Of a DNA stretch of 64,000 bases, positions 11,636 to 24,295 are shown piece after piece. Both the position numbers and the translations under genes were made by a program. Source of the stretch: Lama glama (taxonomy: Eukaryota); NCBI GenBank assembly GCA_028534125.1, contig CM052817.1, positions 97,156,001 through 97,220,000 of the forward strand, written 5' to 3'. The notes beneath the pieces are model-generated. The model searched no databases and was not told where the DNA came from. It saw only the letters and a program-made list of their open reading frames with translations. Position 1 is the stretch's first letter. Every line of letters starts with the position of its first letter.

Positions 11636-14600
11636 TGCTCCTCGTTTTTCATTCCCTATTTCAATTGATAATTCACCGTTCACCCAGTTTCCTAAGCCAA
11701 GAACTTGAGGCTCATGGTAGGTTCCTCTTTCACCCTTCACCTCTGCTCACAGAGTTCTGATGGCTGTAATACCTGAATATCTCTTGCATTGATTCTTTTG
11801 ATAGTATTACTTTCCTGTTTAATCCCTGCAATGAATTCCTAATCCCCAGAGCACAAATCCAGATGCCTCAGTGAGATATGGAAAGCTCCACCCTGCCACC
11901 TTCTGCTGTGATGTCTTTACCTGGCTGTCTTCTGCCCCTTCGGCTTGGAGACCGATTCCTCACCTTTGTAACTCGGCGTCCACTGTGTACCTTGTGTGTG
12001 GAAGCTCAGTAAAGGCTGGTTGATTAAAGAGAGATGAGGCTTGATCCTCAGAAACTGCAGATTTTGTGACAGTTGTTTGAGGTTTATAGATTTCACCTCC
12101 CCTCCCCTTGCCTTTTCTTAATTCCTAGAGGCATTGGCTTTTCAATTTCTCGATCTTTTCTGTGACAGTGTGTTCACAGTCAGTAGTTCCTGAAAGCCTC
12201 CTGATTTCCCTGGCACTGTGTTGGGTTCTCTAAAGATTACCAAGATGAGATACGGTCTCCACCCTTTAAAGATGCATCACAGAGATGGAGAGCTAAAACC
12301 AGGTCAGGAAACCATTCATAGACACTGCCATGTAAACTTGATTGCTGCTTGCAGTTGTGAGAAAAGAGAGAACCCACAGAAAAGGTGGTTGGCGAGCGCT
12401 TGGTGGGGAAGGTGGGAGTGGAGCTGGATGTGGCGAGAAAGCCATTTTCTTTTCTGGATGATGGTGCTTCTATTTCGTGAGTGTCTTACCTTGGAGTCTG
12501 TTTACAGTGAAAGTCCTTCAGCCCCATTTTTGTTCCCATACCTGGAACAGCCTTGTTACTCGTAAGTGACGTGTCTGGCTGTGGGTGCCTGTGAAAGGGT
12601 AGCACCTAAGGAAAGCAGTTGTGTAATGCTCCAAAGAAGCCAAAGTGACAAACGATGAGTGTGCCCGACGTTAATTCTCAAATGCAAGTTCGTTTCACAG
12701 GATTGAAAAATCTTTATTACCTAAATTGTCAAACATAGAACTTTTTTTTTGAAGCTCGACTATTTCCAGACTAGTTCAAAAGAAGTCATTTGATTTTGAT
12801 GAACTGAAGTTTTAGAATACTTAACTGTTAGTTGCCTGATATTAGTGTTTCTTCAAATTCAGTGATTCTCTAGTTGGTAAGCTCATTCCTGGGCCATGAG
12901 AGGAGAAGGAATTTGGGGACACAGAATGCAGGAAAGCAGGCTGAGGGATCTCTTCATCTGATGAGTTTGTGCAAACCTGTTCCTTCTCTCTGTATTCTTT
13001 TCACTTGAGGCTTCAGATTGCCACTCTTTGGCAGAAAGGAAGAGAGAAATTCTCTTACTAGCGTGTGAGTGAATGTGCTGAATGAGTTCGTGCTGTGGCA
13101 GTCTGCTTGGGGACAGGATTGGGGGTGGTGTTGGGGAGTGCGCGTATCTGGTTGCGAAAACATTTCAGGGACCTTTTGAAAGGAACCTTAGACCCTTGGG
13201 CTCGACTTCCCCAAAGCTGCTGCTCACTGACAGCTTTCTCCCTGGTGGAGTGAGTCGGGGACTAGCTGGGCCCAGACTCTCATCAGCTGCTCTCCCCGTG
13301 TCATGTCTGGCCCCAGAGCCAGGGCCCAAGGCCCAGGATGCAGAGGGCCGGCGTCCAGCCTCCTACAGCCAGGAGAATGCTGGCCTGTGACTCACTGTGG
13401 GGGTTGTCCTGTTCTGCTTCGGAACCAGCCGTATTGTGCAGCTTCCAGACAAGCCCCGAATCAGCAGCTGTTGTGTAGGTGAACATTCAGGAGTTTCCCG
13501 GGGTTACATGTGAGACCATCTTAATTTCAAAGGGAGTCATTGCCCAGATGACCGAGGGGCACAGGCCAGGGCCCGGGAAAGCCCTTGTTCTTGGGCTCGT
13601 TTGCAGAAGAGAACTGGATGGATTGAGCTATCCAGGCCCTGAGGGAGAAGCTGCCTTTGTTTCAAAGTGGACTGTATCCCAGAAGGAAAAGAAATCAACA
13701 AGAAATCGTAGTGGTCTGTCAGTGGGTTTCAGGTCATTTGCCTGAGAATTAGCCATTCTGTTTGGGGCTGGATTATTTCAGTTAGCTAAATGCCTTTGGG
13801 GTGGAGGGCTATAGAAACAGGGACTTGACTGAAAGAGGGAACATACAGTTCTCTGGTTGTGTGTCAGTGAACAGGGACAGGGCAAGGCTTATAGAGACGT
13901 GGGCCGGAACAAGACCTGCCCACAGAGGGTGTGCTCACCTCTTGTGCCGTCAGATGTCTCTCCCTGACACGGAAAGCTCTGAAGACTCTCCTTTACCACA
14001 ATCTTCTGCACAGGGTCATGCATCCCCCTACAACTGCTTCTGTAAGGAATCCCTTCTTCAGCCATCACCACCACCTCTCATTCCTACCTGCCTGAATCCA
14101 GCTTTTCTAGATCTCACTTGGAAGGTTCTTTTAGCCTTAGTTGTAAGCTGGGTCAGAGTCAAGGAAGAATTATTTTCTACAGTCAGTTTTCAAGGTTCGT
14201 ATCTCAGGGTGGAGCTCACTCAGAGCCCAGCGTTTCTCTTGGGCTCCGTGATCAGTAGACTTGAAGTCCATCTAAGACGGTCTTCGGAGAGCAGGTGCCT
14301 TGCTGTTTTTGGCGCTCATGCAGGCATGTTTCTGGGACAGAGGGCTGAGGAAGAAGGAAGGTTTCATCAGCAAGAAGCTGTGTGGGGCTGGGTCATGTGT
14401 GTCATCTGGTTCCATGGTGGTTTGTTGAACAACAGTTAGGACCCGTCATTTATAAAATCCAGGCCAAGGCGGCGCTGTCTTAGTAAGTTGCTGCTTCCAT
14501 AAGACACCCCAGAGCAGTCACTATGTAACGGGGACCATCACTTTGGCTGAAGGCTCCAAGCCTCGATGGGGACTTCAGGTGTGCTGGTGGCAGCCAGGAG

Positions 14601-15358
14601 AACCATGAAAGCCAGAAGAGCAGTTGAGGGAAATGGCTGCTCTTGGAAGCTCTTCTCCATCTTCTGCCCAAACCCATAGTGTGCATGAATGATACTCAAC
14701 ATATTTTATAAAATGATCCCCTTTGAGTGAATAACTCATGCAACCCATTTAAGAAATGCTTTTAAGTTTTGGTTTAAAGTCATCCCCTGCAGTCACTGTA
14801 GGTTCTTGTAGAACCTCCTCCCTAATATTCACAGGGACATAGAAGTTCCTCTGTGTCTAGGATTTAACAAATTGGGCTGTTAAATCATCATCCGAGACAC
14901 TGGCTCAGAAGACCAGGTCCCTTGCAAGTTGTTTGATTTGTCATGTGCCGGGTGGAGACCAGCAATGGCTTAAAGACTAGAAAGCGAGAGGCTGGACCCT
15001 GCAGGGCTGGTGCACTGCTCTGAGGGGCTCTCAAGGTTATCACTGACTTATGTCTGTGCTCCTTATAGAGCAGGGAGCCGTTGGGGCCACCATGAAAGCA
15101 TTTCATCTTCCATCTTGTCTGATTTGGACTATTTTCTTCTTGTGGGGAAAACACTCCTCACTGTGTATTGTCTATGATTTATTTTAAGCACCTTTGGTTA
15201 AAAATAAGTCAACAACAGAATCCTTAAAGACAGGACACCAACATACTCTCAGACTGAACTGTAAATGTAGTTTTGAATATAATTTGATTGACCAATCAAG
15301 TGATGCTGCATACTTGTCTGTGGTTGTGTGAAAGTTGATGCCTTTTTCTCCTCCCTAG

Positions 15359-15518
15359 GTGACAATCCCAGTCTTCTCAAGGAGGACACCCCTCCCAGCA
15401 GCCTGGACTCACTTTCCTCCCCGTCTCCCACGATGGCCACTGCCCACGGGCCCCCCGGACCAGACAGAAATCACCTTCTGGCAGATGAGGGCAGCTTTGG
15501 GGACTGGGTGTCCACTGT
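15359..15518 (+). CDS. ARHGAP10: ARHGAP10 internal coding exon (fourth from last; about exon 20 in human numbering), Ser/Pro-rich linker
   Basis: Acceptor cctttttctcctccctAG|GT and donor GT|GTAAGT. Translates (G)DNPSLLKEDTPPSSLDSLSSPSPTMATAHGPPGPDRNHLLADEGSFGDWVST(V), close to the recalled human GDNPYPSKEDTPTSSLDSLSSPSP...HLLADGGSFGDWAST. 160 nt, phase 1 to 2, and joins in frame to the next exon. Confidence 0.93.
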
Positions 15519-17364
15519 GTAAGTAGCTTAGCTCTTCTGTTTGGTGCTGAGGGACGGAGGAGGGCTGGGACCTTCATTTTACAGTGTGCTTGGCTGGCGG
15601 GTACTGAGGCCATTAGATCTAAGGACTTTTGTTCTCTCATCAGTGGGGCTGCCCAAGGGAGAAGGGCCCATGAAACAAGGCCTTTCTTGAATAGGGTCTT
15701 GGTGTTCCCAGGATGGAAGGGGTGGTGAGTGCTGTTTCAAATCTGCTTTAAGTTCACTGCGTGCCCGTTGGGGGTTGCACAGAGGATGCTTTCTCACTAG
15801 GTATGCAAACTTCTAGAGAGATGTGAACACATATATCATGATTGATACAGACTTCTGACATTTCCTATAGAAGGATGCTTCATTTATATGAACTTTTGAG
15901 AGCTTTATACTAGCATCCTGCTGTGTCTACTCCATTAGCACCCTGAGTAACTGACAACTGATGGGTGAAATACCTGATTGTATCTTCTCGGTTTGGTTTA
16001 GTGCCTGGCGTGTGCAGATCAGCTGAGGTGCATTAGGACAAATAACATCAATACAGACAAACTGCCGTGGACCTGGTTTGACCCCGTGAGGGTTCGTCTT
16101 TCTGTGCTTACTGAGGCTGGGGGGTGAATGCAGATTAGTGGTGGTGTGGGACGTCAGATTTCAAACAAATGCTCAGAGAAGGAGAAAAATAAAATAAAAT
16201 AGAACTCCACTAATAATTCCGTAACATTACTTGATTAGTCAATCAAGTTACATCTAAAAATATGCCTGTAAATCAGCCTGAGATTATTTGGCTGTCCTGT
16301 CTTTAAAGTTAAAAAAAAAAATTAAAAAAAAAATCCAAGTTACTTAAAATAAGTCACAGATAATGATGTCATTTGACCCTCGCTGGGCATTCTTGGGACT
16401 TTAAATGGAGTTGACGAGTGTTCCTCATATTTCCTTGGCTTTTTATAGTTACTGCTGGATTCACATGAAATCATTATGAACTTATTAAGTATTAAAAGAG
16501 GCTGGGAGAAATTTGGTATGCTAAAATTTGGGGGTGACCTGGAGATTTTGAAAATCTAAGGGAAAATCAAAGTGAAACTTGAAATATGGATACCCGTTCC
16601 CTAGATGAGAATTTTTTTTGGCCCTTCGAGATGGTCACGTATGTATATTTAAGTGCTGAAGGCTGTGCGTGGTGGATTTGAGTTCCACGTTCTCACGCAT
16701 GCCTGTCACGGCTGCAATTCTTTCTTTCAAAATAAGGACACAATTCCACTTTGGTGCTTCAAGTAACAAAGACAGTGGTTACAGAGGAACGAGAATCTGT
16801 AATCCTGGGTGCTCTAGGGGTCCAATTCGTGTTATGTGTGTATGTGTGTTTGTATTGTGAGTGTGTGTGTGTTTAAGCGCAAACCAGATCTCGCATCACA
16901 TCTGTCAGTAAGATCTATCACAGTCAGTGGAGAATGGTGGAGTCGGTCACTCTTCTTCCATTGTGGTTCCGTGGAGAAGTGGCATTCTGAGCCACGACAC
17001 AGCCACGGCTCAGTTCACAGCACGTCCGTGGCTGAAACAGGAAGAACTTAATATTCTGGGTCACAAATCCAACAAGGAGTGAATTCCCCCAGCTTCCTAT
17101 TCGTACAGATTTAAAAATGTCACAGAAAGCACTCCAACCTTGAGAGGCCAGAAAGGGAGAGGAGGCGAAATAAGTCGTTGAAGCAAGTCTGGAAAGGAGA
17201 TTCTGGTCATAGATCTGTAAGCTTTCTCCTACTGGAAGAGCTTGATTTTTTTTCTGTGCATTGCAGAAAATTCATCTCTGTTTCTCTTCAGTCTGTAGGA
17301 TGTTTCTTGTGTATCTTTGAAAGGATTGACTTACAGACCTTTCAGTCCAGATTTCTCATTACAT

Positions 17365-17512
17365 CGGGGAACTCTTCTGAGACTTGAGCATCCCTGGAGG
17401 GCTTGTGAAGCCCACAGTGCTGGGGCCCACCCCAGAGCGACTCTTAGGGTTGAGGGGGAGCCTGAAAATGTGCATTTCTAACGTATTCCCAAGTGGTGTT
17501 TGGCAAACCCTG
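17365..17512. mobile_element. MER5A-like hAT-Charlie DNA transposon relic
   Basis: gctggggcccaccccagag...gcctgaaaatgtgcatttctaacgtattcccaagtggtg. Confidence 0.7.
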
Positions 17513-17969
17513 ATACAGATTCCTGCCCGTCCCTCCCCCCATGGCTCTAGGCATGTGCTGCTGTAAACAGCTTCTCTGAGGAGTGTGCATGGAAGAGTTA
17601 GTGCTCCCCACTCCCCTGCCTTTCTCTTCCTGGGATAGTGTGTGTGTGTGGTCCTCAAGCAGCCCCTGTGTGCCTCCTGCAGACTTGGACTCCCTCTGCC
17701 TGAAGTGTCTCCCTTCCTATTTGCTAAAGATAATCCTGACTTGTCTTCAGGGCTTAATTTAGTTTTCACTTCCAGGAAGCCCTCTCTCTTGCTCTGATCT
17801 ACAGGAGGATTGTAAATAACACCCTTCTCTGTCTATAGCCAATCCCTGATGCTAGGAAACGAATCCCTCCCATTATTAGTGAGTACTTACCATGTGTCAT
17901 TATCTGGTAGCAGTAGTGTGGATGTGTATCTAGGGATCTACGTCAGCACCTCCATCTGCCTGCTTATCT

Positions 17970-18322
17970 ATCTTATTTAGTTCCGGCTGCTGTCACAACA
18001 GTACTTTGATGGAGGGGCTTGTGAACCACAGGAATTTGTTTCCCACAGTTTTGGAGGCCAGCAGTCCAAGATCAGGGTGTCAGCCTGGCTAGGGTCCGGT
18101 AGGAGTCTGCTTCTGGTTCGCAGACTTGCTGACATCCCCCTGTATCCTCAGGTGATGGAGAGCAGAGGGAGGAAGCAGGCTCTCTGGTGGCTCTTAGGAG
18201 GACACTCACCGCATTCCTGAGGCTTCCACTCTCACGACCTCACCTAATCCTGGTTCCCCCCCGAAGGCCCCGCCTCCTAATACCACCCCTGGGAGGGGCA
18301 CACCGACACGAGTTCCATAACC
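17970..18322 (-). mobile_element. MLT1 (MaLR) solo LTR
   Basis: ggctgctgtcacaaca...aatttgtttcccacagttttggaggccagcagtccaagatcagggtgtcagc. Confidence 0.8.
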
Positions 18323-20919
18323 CTATTTAATTTTTCTCTCACCCCAAGATTGACCGTAAAATTTTTGATGATGGGAATTTCTTACACCCTTTGAACTTTT
18401 TAGTGATACTTGACATAGTTATGAATACATATTTTATTTCCTATTTTAATGATTATGTATTTGTAAAAATCCTTTCCCTCTGGAAATCTCATTTCTTTCT
18501 GTGTGTCACTGAGTGTCTCTTAGGCAGCTATGTTTGGTTTCTGATCCATCTTCCTCCTTCTTTATAAAGATTAAAAACCCTTCCCCAAGGAATTTCACAG
18601 AATTAATCTCACCATTTTCTCTTTATAGCATTAAAAAAAAAAGGTCCTTAGCATTTGCACATTTAGTTCTCATCGTGTGCTTTGCTTTCCTTTTCGTTTC
18701 TTTCTTTTTTAATCTATCATTTCTGCATGCCAGCTGCACAGTATTGATTATAGTAGCATCTGAATAAATCGAATAAAACCAAAGCTGCTGCCAAGGTCAT
18801 TGACACGCTACTCAGAGCCTTAAACAACGAGGCCTTGCCTGGACTGCCTGGTTTTAATCTAGAGCGGCGACCCTCTGTTCCAAAATTCACATTTGCCTTA
18901 ATCTCAGGTCCTGAAAAATGAAGACCAAATGTATACGGATCACCTAGGACCCCAGTAGCTCTGTTGTACAGAAATGCCGTGATCCCAGCCACCGGGAAGC
19001 AAACTTACAGAGGAAAACCTATGGCAGCTGAGATTCTGATACAGGCAGTGTGTAAAATACAGCTGTGGCCTCTGACAGGTAGAAAACAATACAGCAGAGT
19101 TGCATTTCTTGGGTTTCCGCTGATGTTTATGACTTGTGGGTCTTATTTATTGCAGTCAGTCAGTCTGGAGCTATTACGACCTGTACACTCAGTGAGGTGA
19201 TGGGCGACTTCATTGCCAGTGAAAAATTGCTGGCTCAGTCTCCTTAGAGGACATTACATCATAGGTCAAGGTATTTCACATGTTCCAAAGTCATTCTTTT
19301 TCCCAACAAAGGAGGTTTCTCTTCGATTTTTAAATGATGGAGCAAGTCCTTGACAAGCAATTTTTTTCCCCTCCAGTTCCCTGCCACAAAAGAAAGTCTC
19401 TTGTAAGAGATAGCAGACATTGCTATCTGTGTCCTCTACGGATTTCAGATGAAAAGCTGGCACATTCCCACATTCAAGATGGTAGCTGGGAGTGCTGGGA
19501 CCCTGAGCTGTAACTCAGTCTGAGCTCTGGCAGGCCAGGGGGCAACAGTCCTTCTCTCCCACCCCGTGAGAGGCGTGGCTTAGTTTATCCTGAAGGTGAA
19601 GATGCTCCCAGGGGCTCCCCTGAGCCGCTGTTGCATGGCAGAGCTTCGTGGCTACCCAGACGTGATGCTAGTTGCTTGAAGTCATTAGACAGCAGACTCC
19701 CACGCCCACTTACAGCCTCGTGCGTGTCATCCACAGACTCCGTGTGCCCTCACTGTTGACTGTTTTTATTCTTGTCTATGAAATAATGTCCTCTGAGCTG
19801 GGCAAACAAATAGAGGTTCCCCAGAGACAACTACTTGGCATTGGAAATTATTGGACTCTTGGTTCCACGATTGCTTTTCTCAGGAGTTGATGAATTTTGT
19901 GGGGAGATATCAGAGTATGCCTTACATTTGATTTGTGTCTCACAGCAAGCCATAAGTGATTTGTCTGAAGTTCAGAAAAATAATCATCTTAAGATTTTGC
20001 TGAAATTGGGCGCACACCCAGAAATGATAAGGTGGCAGCTGTACGTAGGCCAGCGTTGTCTTCACCTCTTCCCTTCCTCTCTCTTCCCTGTTGGCCTCTC
20101 CTCCACCCCTTCAGGGAGGGCTTCCTTAACCCCATCGCTGCTTGACTTTACTGCTCCTGACCCTGCCAGGGCCAGTCAGTCCACCCTAGGAGTTGATGTC
20201 TTTAATCTGTATCTGTCTTCTTATGATGATGGTTTGCAAAGAAAATAGGGAATTTATCTTTTAAAAGTTCTGGGTTTTGGGTTTTTTTTTTTTGCATATC
20301 TGCTTTTTTGCTAACTTGACTAAGACATACGGCTTTTCTAACAAGGGAAGAAAAGCTATGTAAATTTAAAAAGAGATCAGGAGAGGGTGGTATTTAACCC
20401 CCCCACCACCAAAGTGAATTATCCATCACAGAAATTCCCAGCGTCTTTATTGGTGAGTCAGGAGATCACAACCTAAGGAAGGGGGAGAGCGCCTCTCCTC
20501 CTCTGTTTCGCTGTAGATGCGCGCTGGTTATGGAAAGTGGTGGGTTCCGTGGACCAGGGTCTTGGTAGAGCTTGTGCTGTCACATGGGTGGATGTACCCT
20601 CTGGTGCTGTAAACTGGAAGCCAGTCCCCTCTCCCATCCTCAGTGAGCAGAAGAGTCCCTGGTGGGTTCAGAAAGACTGAGGTCTAAGATAGCCCAAGTG
20701 TCAGGAAGCCCGGGGCAGGTGAGCAGGCGGAGCGCGTCGCCGTGCTGGGAGCCCCGGCAGCCCCGGGGGTTCTGCTCGGAGGTCAGCCCCTTCTGGACCT
20801 GCTGGGGGCTGGGACTTAGAGCAGAAGCTTTGGCTTCAGCGGTGGCTGGTGATTAGAGGCTGTGGAGAAATCTTGATAACTGTGTGCTAGCTGTTGGGGG
20901 CCACCTCATTTCATTGTAG

Positions 20920-21200
20920 CTGCTTGATAAACATTTCATGTTAGTCCTCATGTCAAAGCCAGTGGAATAGAGATATACTCTGTTTTTTTTTTTTAATGGC
21001 AGTACTGGAATTGAACCCAGAACCTTGTGCATGCTAAGTAAGCATGCGATCTACCACTCAGCTATACCCTCCTCCCAGAGATAGACTCATTTTTAAAGGT
21101 AGGGAAACGGAGGCTCAGAGAGGTAGGAAAATTGCCCCAGGCCACAACAGTAAAGGGTACAGGTGGAGCCTGACCCTGATCTGTCTGCCCCTGTGATCTG
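20920..21200 (-). mobile_element. MIR SINE split by the Vic-1-like SINE
   Basis: The core cattttt...agggaaacggaggctcagagagg...ttgccccaggccaca resumes after the insertion. Confidence 0.65.
20981..21076 (-). mobile_element. tRNA-Ala-derived camelid SINE (Vic-1-like) inserted in a MIR
   Basis: A box and B box (GTTCAATTC) present, with an A tail. Target-site duplication agagatatactc / agagatagactc. Confidence 0.88.
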
Positions 21201-23574
21201 TGGTTCCCTTAGATCTGTTTTACTGTCGTTACTGAAATTGTCTGGTCGCATGTGGGAACCTCATCAAGTTGTAATTTCCCCCCGATTCTGAGACCCAGGG
21301 AGATGCCAGCGGCTATCGGCTGGCTGCTGCCCCTGTTTTGATGAAGGAGTGCTGACCCTGTGTTAAGTCAGGTGGCTGTGGTTTATAATTATCTACGGGG
21401 AATAAACACTTGAATCGGAATTGCTGCACATTCATCATCCAGCACCTCTGGCGGTGATTTGAGGAGGAGGCCATCGTCCCCTGCACCAGAGTGAGAAGCT
21501 TGGAAATTTGATACTTTGCAACAGGGCAGCTTCCATAATCTTTTTATGAGTAACATGATATCCAGGAAAGCTCAGGGCCCACATACTTGGCCGTCGACCA
21601 TCAGCCTAGTCACATGCATTTTAGGGGGGATGACTTTAGTTCTGTGTGTTTTCTTCACTCTTCTCTCCAACTTTTATAGGAATTTTGCTGCACCGACTAC
21701 CTCGTATCTTCCCAGCCTTCCATACCTGCCCCTTGTGTCTGGGTATTTTTGGTATTTGTATTGTGCACTTGGCACTTGCGTGGGGCCTAATTCACGTCTT
21801 TCTTTGCTGTACTGTGAACTACAGGTTCTGAGATGCGGAGGTTTTATTTTCACGCCAGATTGTCGATCGTTCCTGTAACTTTTAAGGCCTGTGATGAAAA
21901 GTTGACTTCCCAAAAGAAAGACACATGTCTGAATTTTGGTAATAGCTTTTCTACTGCTTTAAGACTCAAAAAAAAAAAAAAAAGCAAAGAAAGCAAAACA
22001 ATCCTTGTTGTTTTGTTTTTCTTTTTCTTTTTATTTCATGGATTTCTGTCGTAATTTGTCACTGGCTGTGCGTAGACTGGTTGGCTGTGTCTCAGCATTG
22101 AAATGCAGGCAGGGACCCCGTGCGCTTTCCGTAAGTCGGAGGACCATGAGGTAGAACGGGAAAGCACTGCCTTTCGAGTCACTCCGAGCGTTACATCCTT
22201 ATTCTGGTTCTTAAAGCTTTGGAGGCCTTACACAAATGGCTGGAGCAAACCAAGGCTTAGCAAGATTATCTGTAAAGGGGGAATAAGAGCCCCTTGGAGT
22301 TGTTGTGTTCAAGGTACCACATGTAATAAAGCCCAGTCACGGCTCCCCAGGGGGCCCTAGGCGGCCACCTGCTTGCCTCTTCCTTTCCTCTGAGAACCTA
22401 ATTTGATGCTCTTAGTTCAGCTTGACCTGACTTCCTGGTTCACCAGTTATGTGATCTCCTCACTAAATGATGCAGGGAATTAACCTCGCTTGTCCCAGAG
22501 AAGCCTCAGATATTGACCTGAAGTTGTGTCGTTTCCAGCAGTTACAGTAGTTCTTCCGGGAGGGCTCAGGGCGCCTGGCTCTGTCAGTGCCTCCCGTGGA
22601 GAAGCCTCTGAGAACAGGGCCCTTGGGTATCGCATGACCAAGGCATGGGCTTCCCACAGGGACCCAGCCGCCTCTGTAAAGTATTCTGAGCGGTGAGGGG
22701 AGCTCACCTGTCACCTGCACGATGGCGTCGGTAACCTGCAAAACACCCGGGGGGGGGGTGACCAGAGGGCTTTCTTGGCAGAGTAGTGTTGTACCCCTTT
22801 TGAGCTGTGCTTTGGAGCCCCTGTTTTGTGGCTGTTTTCCACAAATGAATCGAGCTGGTAGAGACATCCCTGTCAGTGACCCTGCTGAGACCTGTAAAGC
22901 CCCACAATTTTCTGAAAGGAAGCGATAGCTCCTTTTCTGTTCAGCGAGCAAGCTCCCATCCAGCCCTCGTACCTGATTCCATAGTGATCATCTGGGAGGA
23001 AGAGAAATGGAATTCAAGGAACACGCTCAGTGAAAGATTGGCCAGAGATGTAATTCTGAGATTTCTTTCATGGCAAAACCCAAGAAAATGATCAAGCTGG
23101 GAGTGAACTTTGTAAGATCTGGGGTGATAGGATGATGCTGCCCCCGGCAGCCTTGGCATCCCGCATCGGGGGAATGAGAGTCCAGGGTGGCTGTGTCCAG
23201 CCCCAGAAGGCTTTGTCTTATTTATCTGTGCTCGAGGGATTTCCATCGGTGCCCTTCCCCCTCTCCCTGCCCACTTCCTGCAGAAGGGGCTTTTCTCAAG
23301 GGTGATCGAGCTGTTGCTTTTCTGTGCTGGGTTGATGTATTGACTGCCTCCCTCCTGCATGGAGGTGACCACGAGCAGCTGGGGAGGAGAGCTGCTGCTG
23401 CAGGAACGTCCTGGGTGCTTGCCGACTGGTGTCTGGCACGCACGGGAGCCCCGTGCTGTAGAGCAGGGAAGATGGAGGAGAGCAGGCTTCTCAAGCACCA
23501 GGGCGTCTGCCGTCGTTGTCTTCATCTCCCACAGCTCTCCACTACAAGGTGGATTCTCATCTGGTCCATCTGCT

Positions 23575-23768
23575 CCAGGGATCAGCCAGCGGCTGCCTGT
23601 GATCATCAGTCAAGCTTTGCTGGAACCCAGCTACCCAGTGATTTACATTTTGTCGGTGACAGCTTTTGTGCTGCTGTGATGGTTAAGCATTTGCGAGACC
23701 TGCAGCCTGCAAACCCGGGAGTATTTGCTGTCTGGCCCTTTACAGAAAAAGTTTGCTGCCCTCGATCT
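23575..23768 (+). mobile_element. MER58A-like hAT-Charlie element
   Basis: Diagnostic end tatttgctgtctggccctttacagaaaaagtttgctg. Confidence 0.8.
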
Positions 23769-24039
23769 AGTCTGTAAATGAAACTGATCTTTTCGGAGAA
23801 GCCCACGTCTCTTAAACCCTGGTTTCAACCAGTGTGATTAATTGCCGTGTTTTAGGTGGGCTGTTCAGGTGACTTTTAAAAGTAACTGTTACATATCTTC
23901 TCATGTCACTGAACCAACCAAAAGTTTTGCTTATGGTTTTTGGATGTCTTCAAGTGTGTAATCATAATTTCAAAAGGCCTTTAGTATTTCAATGAATAAA
24001 AAGTTTATTTGGGGTCATTCTTTTTACAACCTGTGGTTT

Positions 24040-24295
24040 AAGATAAAAATTTTATTTCAGAATAGTTGTAGATTTACAGAAAGTTTACAAAGATAGTAGA
24101 GAGAGTCCGCCTTAGGCCCTTCACCCAGCTTCCCCTACTGTTAATATCTTACACAGAACCGTGGTGCTTTGGTTAAAAATGAGGAATTCACACTGTTATG
24201 ATACTATTAAATACAGACTTTATTTGGATTTCACTGATTCCACTCATGTCCTTTTTGTTCCAGGATCCAGTCCACAAGATCCCATTGTATTTAAC
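24040..24295 (-). mobile_element. L1MB/L1MC-like 3' end fragment
   Basis: tagatttacagaaagtttacaaagatagtagagagagtcc...ttcacccagcttcccc...ttgttccaggatccagtcca. Confidence 0.7.

Noticed and set aside
13801..14439. 212-aa + strand ORF
   Set aside because: Non-ATG start, no homology that I recognise, and no place in the ARHGAP10 exon chain.
22941..23777. Overlapping 221-aa (-) and 196-aa (+) ORFs
   Set aside because: No recognisable domain. They lie in GC-rich intron and run into a MER58A relic, as expected for chance ORFs.
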